Part shown: positions 24,568-36,142 of the stretch, piece by piece
Numbering within the stretch: position 1 is the first letter of the stretch
How the letters are laid out: each line of letters opens with the position of its first letter
Source: Octopus sinensis
Lineage: Eukaryota
Direction of reading: 5' to 3'
NCBI RefSeq assembly: GCF_006345805.1
Contig: NW_021824705.1
Coordinates: 1-36,142 of the forward strand
DNA: 36,142 nucleotides
Notes under the pieces: model-generated
Told to the model about the DNA's origin: nothing
The model's input: the letters and a program-made list of their open reading frames with translations, nothing else
Databases searched by the model: none
Position numbers and translations under genes: made by a program

Positions 24568-24852
24568 ATATATCTTAAAGTATACAGCATTACAAATCCA
24601 TTACAGCCTATCTTACCAGTCGGTTTTGCATTGGGTGTTAAAACCGGCTGTTAGATAACATAGCTAAGTAATACCAGGCGCTCTTTAGAGATGGCAGGTA
24701 TGAAAAAAGAAGAGATCATGGTATTAGTTAACCGTGATGTCAGCTAACAAGCAGTTTAAATGTAATGGATCTATACCGTATACTCTGATTAATATGCCCA
24801 CTCTATTACCAAATATAAGAGTGCATATATTTTATGGTTTATGGATAATCAG

Positions 24853-24894
<42 letters not shown>

Positions 24895-25056
24895 ACACAC
24901 ACACACACACACATACACACACGATGTGTACATTTATTTTTCACACGTTCCTGTGCAATAGAATGTGAAATGTGTTACACGCAGTATTTTTCACTATAGA
25001 TATTTCATGTGTGAAGTCATATCGATTCAAGCTCCAAGTGACACTACCGAACTACC

Positions 25057-25094
25057 AGATACAGTGTTTCGGCTGGATTCCGCATCATCAATCG
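25057..25094 (-). ncRNA. Degenerate minimal hammerhead-like motif
   Basis: GA-UUGAUGA-UGCGG-AAU-CCAGCC-GAA-ACACUGU-A-UC. C3U change, and helices I and II are damaged. Confidence 0.35.
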
Positions 25095-25144
25095 TCGATA
25101 ACATCTTGGCTATTTGGAACTAAACCTGGAACTTCTGCAGATGA

Positions 25145-25218
<74 letters not shown>

Positions 25219-25535
25219 CAAAAGATGTGTTATAATACTATTCCACAGCCATACCAATAATCCAACATACCTCCACCATCAACAGCCCACGGATATCATT
25301 ATGGTTTCGACACCTGGGCAGTACAATTCAATCCAGCGGTGTCAACAACACTAAAATAAATGCTGTTTGGGAATATATGTATGTATGTATGTATGTATGT
25401 ATATATATATATCAAGTAGGTACTGTAAATTTAGAGTGACTACTTGATAAATGTAAGCACCTGTATATACCAGATATTGGCAGAGCTGAGAGAGTATATA
25501 TCAAATATAAATTAAAAACATATCACAAAGGATAT

Positions 25536-25629
25536 CACGGTACACGTGTTTCAAGCTTTAGAAACAATCCGTTATTACATCAGTATATTGTTGATATAAA
25601 AGATGGTTTAAAGTTCTCTTCAGCCGCAA
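25536..25629 (-). ncRNA. Type-I hammerhead ribozyme-like motif with intact core
   Basis: UUGCGG-CUGAAGA-GAACUUUAAAC...GUUUCUAAAGCUU-GAA-ACACGUGU-A-CCGUGA. 6-bp helix I (two G-U pairs), extended helix II, palindromic helix III, GUA triplet. Confidence 0.7.
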
Positions 25630-26006
25630 ACATTGTTGGTCCAAAGATTACATCGCAATATAAAAATATGAATAGTACATGTAGTATTACCCATTATAAT
25701 AGGTTTATCATATTTCCCTGAAAAAGTGTATTTGTAAAATATCCTAACTGTATAAATGTATAAAGATTCATTGGATTTCGAAAATCTGCCCAAGCTGTAT
25801 CACCAATCAGCTATGCTAATTGGTGATACAGTATGGTGATACAAATTTCTTGTGTAAAATCACATCAAGTAAAATTCCCAATGATGTATGTATGTATTTA
25901 TGTGTGTATGTGTATTTGTGTACGTATGCATGTATATGTGTGTGTATGTATATATATGTATGTGTGTATATGTGAAGATGCGGGATTTTGTGGCTGGGGC
26001 ATTCGG

Positions 26007-26295
26007 CACGATCGTAAGCTCGTGAGTTCAATTCTTGGTGATGCGTTTTGTCCTTGAGCAAGACACTTTATATCACGTTGCTCCAGTTCACTCAGCTGGC
26101 GAAAATGAGTAGTACCTGTATTTTCAAAGGGACCAGCCTTGTCACATTCTGTGTCACGCTGAATCTCCCTGAGGAACTACGTTAAGAGTACACGCGTCTG
26201 TGGAATACTCAGTCACTTGCACGTTAATTTCGCGAGCAAACTGTTCCGTTGATCGTATCAACTGGGACCCTCGTCGTCCTAACCGACGGAGTGCT
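26007..26295 (+). mobile_element. SINE family C (tRNA-like B-box remnant plus cactcagctggcgaaaatgagtag core)
   Basis: Homologous, in inverted orientation, to 35101-35379. Confidence 0.8.
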
Positions 26296-26514
26296 CCTTC
26301 ATTCCTTCACACAATGTTTGTAAAAAAAAACTCACTCGGGTCCTATATAGGATATTAGGATTCTTATAAGTTTGATGCACCAAAAACTATTTTCCTAAAC
26401 ATGCGCTACTGAAATTGGGGTGCGTTTGTTATCCCTATGCGTCTTTAATTTTATCAAATACAATATATAAAAAGAGAAAAATGGAGAGATGGAGAGAGAA
26501 GGCCAATTACTTAC

Positions 26515-26742
26515 TTGATAAAGGATTATGGCAGTAAATTGTCTCACAGCATTTATTTTTCCGTTTTTGAGGGTTGGGACATATCGGAGTTGGTTTCATT
26601 CTGATAATTTCAGGTACTGGTGCACACCTCAGTGGATGACATATAATATCATTGTTTTTATCACAGATGCATAGCTGGCAGTCATTACTGACAAATGGCT
26701 TCAGTTTGGTGTGAATTTCATCTTTGTAGACACACGTCTCTT
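26515..26742 (-). CDS. Internal coding exon: von Willebrand factor type C (VWC) domain of a VWC/FN3 extracellular protein
   Basis: Acceptor ttttttttcatcAG (26743-44) and donor GTAAGT (26514-09). 228 nt, phase 1-1, open frame EETCVYKD...CQLCICD...CHPLRC...CPNP...KCCETIYCHNPLS with the 10-Cys VWC pattern. Confidence 0.9.
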
Positions 26743-26779
26743 CTGATGAAAAAAAATATAAAAAAATAGGCAAAAAATG

Positions 26780-26792
26780 TATATTATTATTA

Positions 26793-26848
<56 letters not shown>

Positions 26849-26858
26849 GTTATTGTTA

Positions 26859-26893
<35 letters not shown>

Positions 26894-26934
26894 TATTATT
26901 ATTATTATTGTTATCATTATTATTATTATTATTA

Positions 26935-26998
<64 letters not shown>

Positions 26999-27027
26999 AA
27001 TAATAATAATAATTATTATTATTATTG

Positions 27028-27080
<53 letters not shown>

Positions 27081-27125
27081 CATAATTATTATTATTACTG
27101 TTGCTGTTATTGTTGTTGTTATTGT
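26780..27125. repeat. (TAT)n microsatellite with a short inverted (AAT)n block near 26995-27012
   Basis: Direct inspection. Confidence 0.95.
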
Positions 27126-27472
27126 TGCTGCTTCTTGATATACATGTAAAATTTTCACTTTCAAAATGACCACCAAGCACACACAAAATATTGCAACAAT
27201 TAACGGAGTAAAAGTAAGAGAATAATTTTTGTAGACAAAAATATTCCAAACAATCTAGCCGGTAGCTTTGAAGATAACGATAGTAACAACACTTTAAACT
27301 GCTCATATAGCAACTGTGTTAAGCTGATCTTGTCTCAGTTATGCAACAAACCGAATAATCAAACACTAGCCAAATGTGTGTGTGTTTATATGTATATATA
27401 TATGTATATATATATATGTATATGTATATATATGTGTATATATATATATATAATATATTATATATATATATA

Positions 27473-27517
<45 letters not shown>

Positions 27518-27660
27518 TATATACATATGTATTTATATATATATATGTATATGTATATGCATATATATATATATGTATGTATTTATATATATATATATAT
27601 ATGAATTAATTACTGTGAAGCATCGTGTAGAATATAATGTATAAAATATCGCGGATAGGG

Positions 27661-27900
27661 CCAAAACAATACGAAGTAAATGCAAGGTAAATCACAAGGG
27701 AACAAATATATGAATTAATGTAGACTTACCTTGTATTCAATATTTCGGGGTTATGACACCACTTTCAAGAAACCGACGAATGTTGTCGATGTTTGAAAAT
27801 GGGGTCATAACCCCGAAATATTGAATACAAGGTAAGTCTACATTAATTCATATATTTGTTCCCTTGTGATTTACCTTGAATTTACTTCGCATTGTTTTGG
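27661..27900. repeat. Near-perfect palindrome (108-bp arms, 24-nt loop)
   Basis: 27661-27768 versus 27793-27900: 4 mismatches in 108 positions. Confidence 0.95.
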
Positions 27901-28263
27901 ACTTACCCACAATCTTTAATACGACATATATACATACACTTAGTCTTTAGAAAAATTGATACAGTCAGAATATTTAACGTAAGATCTTTTTAAATAATTT
28001 CATTTTTGGATTTGGTTTGCAAGATTCTTTATATGAGTTTGTGTGTTGAAGCATATTCTGTTGTGCCTGGGGAGAGTCATTTTCTTTTTGTGCCTTATAA
28101 TGTAACACACTCACCGGTAAAATTTCCACTTATTTCTTATTTTTATTTTTAAATAATTGTTAATTATATAAAATGACGTAAAAAAGAAACAGAATAACAC
28201 AAAACTTATGGAAGGAAATTTTCAAGTTGTATTAAGCGCTTTTCACTGCTTTCAGCTTTTCAA

Positions 28264-28394
28264 TACATTATTATGGCTGCCCGCTCTTTATCGAGTATGG
28301 CCATTGCACAAAGCTTAACTGTTATTGCTGCTGTGATCGAATGTGCCGTTTTAGCCCAGCTAAAGATCTACAATGACTTGTACAGAATTGGCAA
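28264..28394 (-). mobile_element. Probable RTE-type LINE 3' tip (C-terminal Cys/His motif plus short 3' UTR)
   Basis: CQFCTSHCRSLAGLKRHIRSQQQ*, followed by ...gcgggcagccataataat. Confidence 0.55.
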
Positions 28395-28574
28395 CTAAAC
28401 ATACATACATACATACATACATACATACATACATTACATACATACATACATACATATATATACACACATATATACATACATGCAGGCAAACATACTTATA
28501 TTACACATACATAGTTATAGAGATAAAAAGATAGATATCCACAAGGGCATATGTTTTGCTACATAACACCCCTC

Positions 28575-28605
<31 letters not shown>

Positions 28606-29040
28606 TCGCTGACACACACACTCGCGCACGCATCCATATGAGTTTCAGTCTGTTTGATACTGTAAAACTTAAACATATGTCTTCCACTTGTTAAGACAAC
28701 TGAAATCTTCTGATTTTATACATCTTTCTCTTTGTTTATAGTTTTGTTTTATCTTCCTTCTGTCTTTTCATCATTCCATTCCATTCTATATACTGTTCCG
28801 TCTATCTTTGCAACACACTTTACTGTTCTTCCTTTCTCAAATCCCTCGAGAGGATCACAGAAAGCGATGTAGTTATAATAAGGTTTTGTCCACCCACTTC
28901 GGCACTTATTAAGAGATCAGCGTAGAATATTGGAAAATGGAGTATGGTTGGGTATTAGTGTGTGTTTGTGCGAGACTATGTGTAAGTGAGAGAAGTAGGA
29001 GAAAGGGAGAGGGAGAGAGAGAGAGAGAGAAGTAGGAGAA

Positions 29041-29078
<38 letters not shown>

Positions 29079-29464
29079 GCGGCATGAGATAGACTGTCAG
29101 ATATATATATATTTTTGTGTGTGTGTGTGTGTACATACATACATATTAATGCACACACACACATATAGTTAGAAATAGATATAGATTGACTGGTAGGTAG
29201 ATAGACAAAGATAGATATATAAATATAGACAGATAATATATATATATATATATACATTACCCCTCTTTCTCTCTCTTCTTTATATATATATATATATATA
29301 TATAGATATAATATATATATATATATATATTTATTGAAGAGAGAGAGAGAGAGGAGAGAGAGAGAAAGAGAGAAAGAAGAGAGGTAATCCATTAGAGTTT
29401 TCTTCTTTTTACCTGTTGGCACTAGCTTCCTTTCGTCTTCATGTCATATATACACCCTCACTAT

Positions 29465-30050
<586 letters not shown>

Positions 30051-30214
30051 GGGAGACAGACGGACAAAGAGAGTAAGTGGAAGGGAGAAGTGGGGAAAAC
30101 AATGGAAGAAATCCTTATTTGGAATTCATGGTTATCTTTTTGACCTTGAATAAAATACAATAATTAGAAAAAAATATTCATAGCAACATCTTCGCAACCA
30201 ACAGTAACACTAAC

Positions 30215-30560
30215 AGCCTCATCATCGTTGTCATCATCATCATCATCATCATTTGCAGCAACAGTTGCGCCATCATCATCATCATGGTCATCATTCCGTC
30301 ATCGTCAACATTATCATCAATATCATCATCATCATAATCTCCACCACCACTACTACCACCATCATCACCACAATCATCGTTGTCGTCGTCATCGTCATCA
30401 TCATTATCACCATCGTCATCCCTTTCCTCGTCATCATCATTAACTCCAACATCATCACCGGCATCACCATCGTTACCACACCACCACCACCACCACCATC
30501 ACCCCAGTCAACATCGTTATCTTCATCATTCCTCCCCCCACCCACTACCACTAGCCGCAG
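30215..30560. repeat. (CAT/CAC)n cryptic trinucleotide repeat
   Basis: Direct inspection. Confidence 0.9.
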
Positions 30561-30596
30561 CAACAGCAGCGAGTCAGGAAACGTTTTACATCTCAC

Positions 30597-30616
30597 CGTG
30601 GTTCCAGATGGCGCGA
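30597..30616 (-). CDS. Candidate 20-nt micro-exon of the host gene
   Basis: Long U-rich tract with a GCTAAT branch-like motif ending tttttAG, then tcgcgccatctggaaccacg, then GTGAGA. A phase 2-to-1 reading (RAIWNH) would join the VWC exon at 26742. No homology support. Confidence 0.35.
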
Positions 30617-30950
30617 CTAAAAATTAGCCATTAAAAATTAGCGAATGCGAATAAACAGAGAAAATTTGGGAAATAGAATCGTAGTCTTAAGAATTATTGA
30701 CTTATTTCTTTACTTGACCGAGATACTCTATATCATTTAGTATGATTCTGTGGTGTTCATTCGTCTCCAGGCTCATTATTGTCAGAAATGAACTTAAGTA
30801 GTTTTGATAGAGATGAAACAGCTAAAATGAAAAGGATTTCAGCACGTTTCTCTTAATCGTCCGACAGAAACCAACTATATACTGTTGAGAATATGTTTTT
30901 TCATTGAAACTGATGCGACTCAAATTTCACGCCACTGAAATGTTCAGTTC

Positions 30951-30987
30951 TCGCCTGAAGATCGCATTGGCATAAAACTCGAGTCGT
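30951..30987 (+). ncRNA. Degenerate hammerhead-like motif
   Basis: CUGAAGA-UCGC-AUU-GGCA-U-AAA-ACUCGAGU-C. Palindromic helix III and GUC triplet, but G12 is lost and helix II is broken. Confidence 0.3.
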
Positions 30988-31151
30988 AAAGACAAGCTCT
31001 CAGTCTAAGTATTAGTAAAAGAAATTACATACATGCATAGATACATACATGACAAAAGCATACACATACACACATATATCTGTGTACACGTGGACTGTTG
31101 GCGATTTTTTCCCCTCTTCTTCCTTTTCTTTTAGACTTTCCTATGTCTCCT

Positions 31152-31186
31152 GTTTTCGAAGAAGAGCTTTGCTCGAAACGTAAAAC
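31152..31186 (+). ncRNA. Minimal hammerhead-like motif with a UCGAAGA core
   Basis: GUUU-UCGAAGA-A-GAGC-UUU-GCUC-GAA-ACGU-A-AAAC. All three helices are perfect; the first two core bases read UC instead of CU. Confidence 0.5.
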
Positions 31187-31326
31187 AACCACAATTTCTT
31201 TCCTTCACTGAGCATCTTATCAATACTTTGCATGTACCACGTCATCTCGTTATTGTTTATTCCTTGTCTTTTTATTCTACGTTTCTTTTTAAAATTATAT
31301 ATATATCTGACTGTCTGTCTATCTGC

Positions 31327-31442
<116 letters not shown>

Positions 31443-31460
31443 GTCTAGATATAGAAATCA

Positions 31461-31792
31461 CATAGTTCTGGGTTCAGTTCCTCTGTGCGGCACCTTGGCC
31501 CAGTGCCTTCTACTATAACCTCGGACCGACCAAAGCCTTGTGAGTGCATCTGGTAGACGGAAACTGAAAAATGCCCGACACATATGGATATGTATATATT
31601 TATGTGTATGTGTCTTTGCGTCTGTGTTTGTACCCCCACCATCACCACTTGACAACCGGTGTTGGTGTGTTTACGTTCCCTTAACTTAGCTGTTTGGCGA
31701 AAAAGACAGATAGGATAAGTATTTAGCTAAAAACCCTTCTAGGCGGTGCTCCAGCCCGGCTGCAGGCAAATGACTAAAACAAGTAAAAGAAT
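31461..31792 (+). mobile_element. SINE family B
   Basis: Homologous to 563-1114. Confidence 0.85.
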
Positions 31793-32154
31793 AAAGGAAT
31801 ATTTATATATATAAATATGTGTGTGTGTGTGTGTATAGGCAGAACGAGAAAGAGACAGCGAGTGGGAGAGTGAGACAGAGTGAGAGAGAGTACAGAAAAA
31901 ATAGCGTCTAAATGACGTAATAGCCACACAATAAGTGCTCAGGCTGGCTTATTACTAAAACTCTGACTTGAGCTGCGACTAAAACTCTGTAAAAGAGTCA
32001 ATGTACAACTTCTCAACCCTTATTTACATGACACTCTTTTAATCCAACAACCCCATTGTAACAACTCTACGATTATGATTTAATTTATAAAACACCATAC
32101 TCTAGAATGATACCACATGTTTCGCCTGTTCTTCCTAATACATACATACATACC

Positions 32155-32215
<61 letters not shown>

Positions 32216-32218
32216 TAT

Positions 32219-32643
32219 GGGCACAAGAGTGGCTGTGAGGTAGGAAACTTGCTTCCCAACCACATGGTTCCGGGCTCAGTCCCACAGCGTGGCACCTTGA
32301 GCAAGTGTCTTCTACTATACCCTTGGGCCGACCAAAGCCTTGTAAAGTGGATTTGGTAGACGGAAACTGAAAGAAGCACATTGTATATCTATCTATCTAT
32401 ATCTATATCTCTCTATATATAAATGTGTGTGCATGTGTGCGCGCTTGTGTCTGTGTTTTTCCTCACACCATCGCTTGACAACCGATGTTGGGGTGTTTAC
32501 GTCCCCTTAGCTTTGCGGATCGGCAAAAAAGAACCGATAGAATAAGTACTAGGCTTACAAAGAATAAGCCCTAGGGTCGAGTTATTCGACTAAAGGCGGT
32601 GCTCCAGCATGGCCGTAGTCAAATGACTGAAACAAGTACAAGA
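32219..32643 (+). mobile_element. SINE family B, full length
   Basis: Homologous to 563-1114. Confidence 0.88.
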
Positions 32644-32674
<31 letters not shown>

Positions 32675-33421
32675 TGTATGTATGTATGCATGTATGTATG
32701 TATGTATGTATGTATGTATGTATGTATGTATGTCTATCTATCTATATCGTTACTATTATTTTAAACTGTCGTATGTCCAAATTTGTCCAAATGCGATTTT
32801 TGCCATATTTACTTTTGTTTGCAATAGTCGGTTCTTTTGGTTAAACTATCGTATCTCCAGGTGCTTCAGATGCTAAGATATCAAAGTGCAGAACAACAGT
32901 TTAGCATGTTTCAAAAGCGTAGTAAGTCCCACATACGACAGTTTCAAAAAAATATTTCTCTCTGAAAATATCATACATGCATGGAGTTTTCGATTTTATG
33001 CACCCAACAAAGTATTATTGTCAAGCTGAAACTGTTGCTAATGTAAAAAGAAACGGAATGGTGAAACTATTTTTTCGTTTTCTGAATAACACTTTTCGCT
33101 GCTAGCAACTATTATTATTTTTATTGTATCTAAATTTTTGTAACATTGTCCGTTTTTTCCGTCCTCGTTTTTGTATACATTCGCTGCTTTCTTTCAAGGA
33201 ATCTAATGCTCGTAGAGTAGTTTTTCCTTGGGGCTGGCCAGATTGGGGCAATCTCAAGAATAATCAGCCGAAATTGCGAGGATAATCTGCTGCTTGACTG
33301 ACGATAGAGGGCTTCGAATGACTCGTCCTTGTTTTCTTTGTATCGTTTATCTGGATGTTTTGTTGCCCCATTTTTGCATCACCTAGCTGTCCGGTGTTTT
33401 GCGTTTTGTCCCATTTTGTAT

Positions 33422-33466
<45 letters not shown>

Positions 33467-33699
33467 CGTACGTACACTTTGGTTTCTCTCTCTCTCTCTC
33501 TCGCTACATACACACACACATACACACACACAATATATACACCGGTGCGCGCGGACACACACATATAAGGAAGGGACGGTTAGTATTTAATTCGAAAATC
33601 AGCTGGTGGTTGGTTTCATAAGACTGTTGAGGACAACGACCGGTTTAACTCCGAGGTCGCTGTCAACATTTCTTCTATGAAAATAAATGTGATATTCTA

Positions 33700-34481
33700 C
33701 TAAAATAGACCCAGTGGTCCTTCAATAAATTTTTGTAATGTAAGCATGTATATATATATATATATAATCTTATACACATAAAAAGCACTTTGATATATGT
33801 CTGTACGTATATTAAATATGCATTTACAGATGTATTGATATACAAATATAAACATATGATTGCATATATATAAACATATAGACACACACATTATACAAAC
33901 ATTCGAACACTCATACATACATAGAAACGTACGTGTAACATATGTGCGTTTGTGTATGCAAGCATGTGTATGCACCAGTATATTATTTGTGTAAAGATTG
34001 TTTGTAAAACGCTGGCAAAATTCCAGAAGGATCACAAGACGCCAAAGTAGCATGTCTGGTGTTTTGTGTCTGGTAAACTACGATGGTGAATTTCTACATA
34101 ACAAACGCTCGAACACACACGCTCGCACGCGCGCGCGCGCACACACACACATGCACGCCACACAGAACCACGCACTCTACAACACATACATGCACACACA
34201 CATACACACATAGATATACAATATATGTATATATATTTATAAATATTTATTACACACACAAAAACATATATATATATTATATCTATATATATATATATAT
34301 ATTATATATACACATCTCAGTTTTATGGCTAAGATCAAGGTTAATACCTACTCTTAATAGTTTAATATATATATATATATAAATGTATATCTTTATATGT
34401 ATATATAGTGATATATGTATGTATATATATACATGTATGTGTATATATATACTGACCTACCTACCTATATAATATATATGC

Positions 34482-34516
<35 letters not shown>

Positions 34517-34714
34517 ATATATATACATGCATATATATATAAATACATATATACATCTATATATACATATATTTATATATTTATGTATGAAGGTAAATAT
34601 ATATATGTATATATATATAGACACACATTCATATGTATACACACACACACAACACACACACACCCACACACACACACATATATAACATACATACACACAC
34701 ATATATATATATAT

Positions 34715-34758
<44 letters not shown>

Positions 34759-35095
34759 ATATATTTACCTACATACAAATATTATTTATAGCGAAAAGAT
34801 TGTCTTTGAAACATGTAGTGATGATTACGCATGATTTTTATTAATGGTTAAGAATTTCATGTTCGTCTTTGATCTTCATGGAACAATATCATATACATCT
34901 GTTCATCTATCTATTCATGCACATGTACACACACACACGTATATTTTTATACTTGCACACACACACACACACACACACTCACACATGCACGCACTTACAC
35001 ATGCACATACATGCATACACATATTTTTATATTTGCACACATACACACATACACACACGCAAGTACGCACACACACACACACACACAGACGCATA
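33700..35095. repeat. Long degenerate TA/CA/TATG low-complexity region (comparable tracts at 2235-2735, 3000-3560, 7440-7553, 14870-15055, 15355-15461 and 27385-27600)
   Basis: Direct inspection. Confidence 0.9.
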
Positions 35096-35100
35096 TAACT

Positions 35101-35379
35101 GGCCCTCCGTCTGTTACGGCGACGAAGTTTCCAGTTTATCTGATCAACGGAACAGCCTGTTCGTGAAATTAACGTGCAAGTAGCTGGACACTCCACAGAC
35201 ACGTGTACCCTTATCGTAGTTCCTCAAGAAGATTCAGCGTGACACAGAATGTGACAAGGCTGGCCTTTTGAATTACAGGTACAACTCACTTTTGCCAGCT
35301 GTAGCAACGTGAAATAAAGTGTCTTGCTCAAGGACACAACGCATCGCTGAGAATTGAACTCACAACCTTAAGATCGTGA
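35101..35379 (-). mobile_element. SINE family C
   Basis: Reverse complement of 26007-26295, with a small internal deletion. Confidence 0.8.
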
Positions 35380-35595
35380 GGAATACGTGAAACACGGATT
35401 ACCACCGTTTCATGGCAAGCAATGCTTATTACATTAAATTGTAACATAAATAGAACCAGCTTAGCTAATATTCCGGTCATTTTAACTATAAGTATGTATA
35501 ATACTCGCCCTCTCTCCCCTCCACTCCTATCGTCCTTCCTTCCTTCCTTCCCGATTTTCCACCCCAGAATTGAACTCTCACCTGTCTCCGCACAC

Positions 35596-35626
<31 letters not shown>

Positions 35627-35692
35627 TTTGTTTGTTTCTTTCTTTCTTTCTTTTGTTTATCTTCTTTCTCACTTTCTCTATGTTTTTCTGAT

Positions 35693-35729
35693 TATTCTGA
35701 CGAAAGACTAACGTCCGAAATGTTACTGC
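35693..35729 (+). ncRNA. Minimal hammerhead-like motif
   Basis: CUGACGA-A-AGAC-UAAC-GUCC-GAA-AUGU-U. Intact core, A-C mismatch closing helix II, weak helix I. Confidence 0.45.
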
Positions 35730-35779
35730 GCTTTCTCTTCCCACCAAAGCCTTAACCTAATACCTTATTCGTTGTTGTA

Positions 35780-35995
35780 AGGCGGCGAGCTGGCAGAATC
35801 GTTAGCATGCCGGGCGAAATGCTTAACGGTATTTCGTCTGTCTTACGTTCTGAGTTCAAGTTTCGCCGGGATCGACATTGCCTTTCATCCTTTCGGCGTC
35901 GATTAAACAAGTACTAGTTATGTACTGAGGTCGATGTAATCGACTATCCCCCTCCCTATAAATACGAGGCTTTGTGCTTCAGTAGAAAGGATTAT
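35780..35995 (+). mobile_element. SINE family A, full length; followed by a family B 5' part (~36025-36142, cut by the window edge)
   Basis: aaggcggcgagctggcagaatcgttagc...gttctgagttcaag...gtcgatgtaatcgac...agtagaaaggattat. Confidence 0.88.
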
Positions 35996-36142
35996 ATATT
36001 ATATCTTGAATTTAAAATGCTCATTTTGCAACCACTTGGTTTCGGGTTCGGTCCCATTGTGCCGCTCGTGGGCAAGTGTCTTTTATTATAACCTCGAGCC
36101 GACAAATGTCTCTTGAGTGAATTTGGTAGACGGAAACTCCGT

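Noticed and set aside
25275-25355. ttttAG...gag|GTATGT exon candidate
   Set aside because: Stop codons in all three frames.
21327-26742. Assigning the gene symbol sas
   Set aside because: Only three domains are visible, their order differs from Drosophila Sas, and no homology search could be run.
28750-28915. Short minus frame (CRSGWTKPYYNYIAFCDPLEGFEKG...) as a host exon
   Set aside because: Weak acceptor, no convincing phase-compatible donor and no recognisable domain.
33225-33335. GGCTG...CAGCC-GAAA and CTGACGA...GAA motifs in a probable repeat
   Set aside because: The first lacks CUGANGA; the second lacks helix II and GAAA.

Overview
Eukaryotic, very AT-rich, microsatellite-saturated genomic DNA. 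The SINE/LINE complement and repeat landscape look like a coleoid cephalopod, most likely Octopus (inference). The window is almost entirely intronic. One host gene runs on the minus strand, with three well-supported phase 1-1 exons: VWC (26515-26742), an FN3 domain with two large insertions (23536-24114) and VWC (21327-21539). This resembles Sas/'putative epidermal cell surface receptor'-type extracellular proteins. Three short candidate exons are also present. The introns hold two CR1-type LINE remnants, an R4/Dong-type LINE remnant, an RTE 3' tip, a non-autonomous Helitron, a hAT MITE with an internal 34/35-bp array, and at least five tRNA-derived or RTE-tailed SINE families. Nearly all ORFs in the supplied track are microsatellite artefacts. 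The most notable unexplained signal is about ten sequence-diverse, minimal type-I hammerhead-ribozyme-like motifs with palindromic helix III (Penelope/retrozyme style). Four lie on the host sense strand as two pairs about 500 nt apart. One is fused behind a tRNA-like Pol III head, and a U3-A8 variant is duplicated inside a 108-bp near-perfect palindrome. All folds, splice models and alignments were done by eye and need computational and experimental confirmation.
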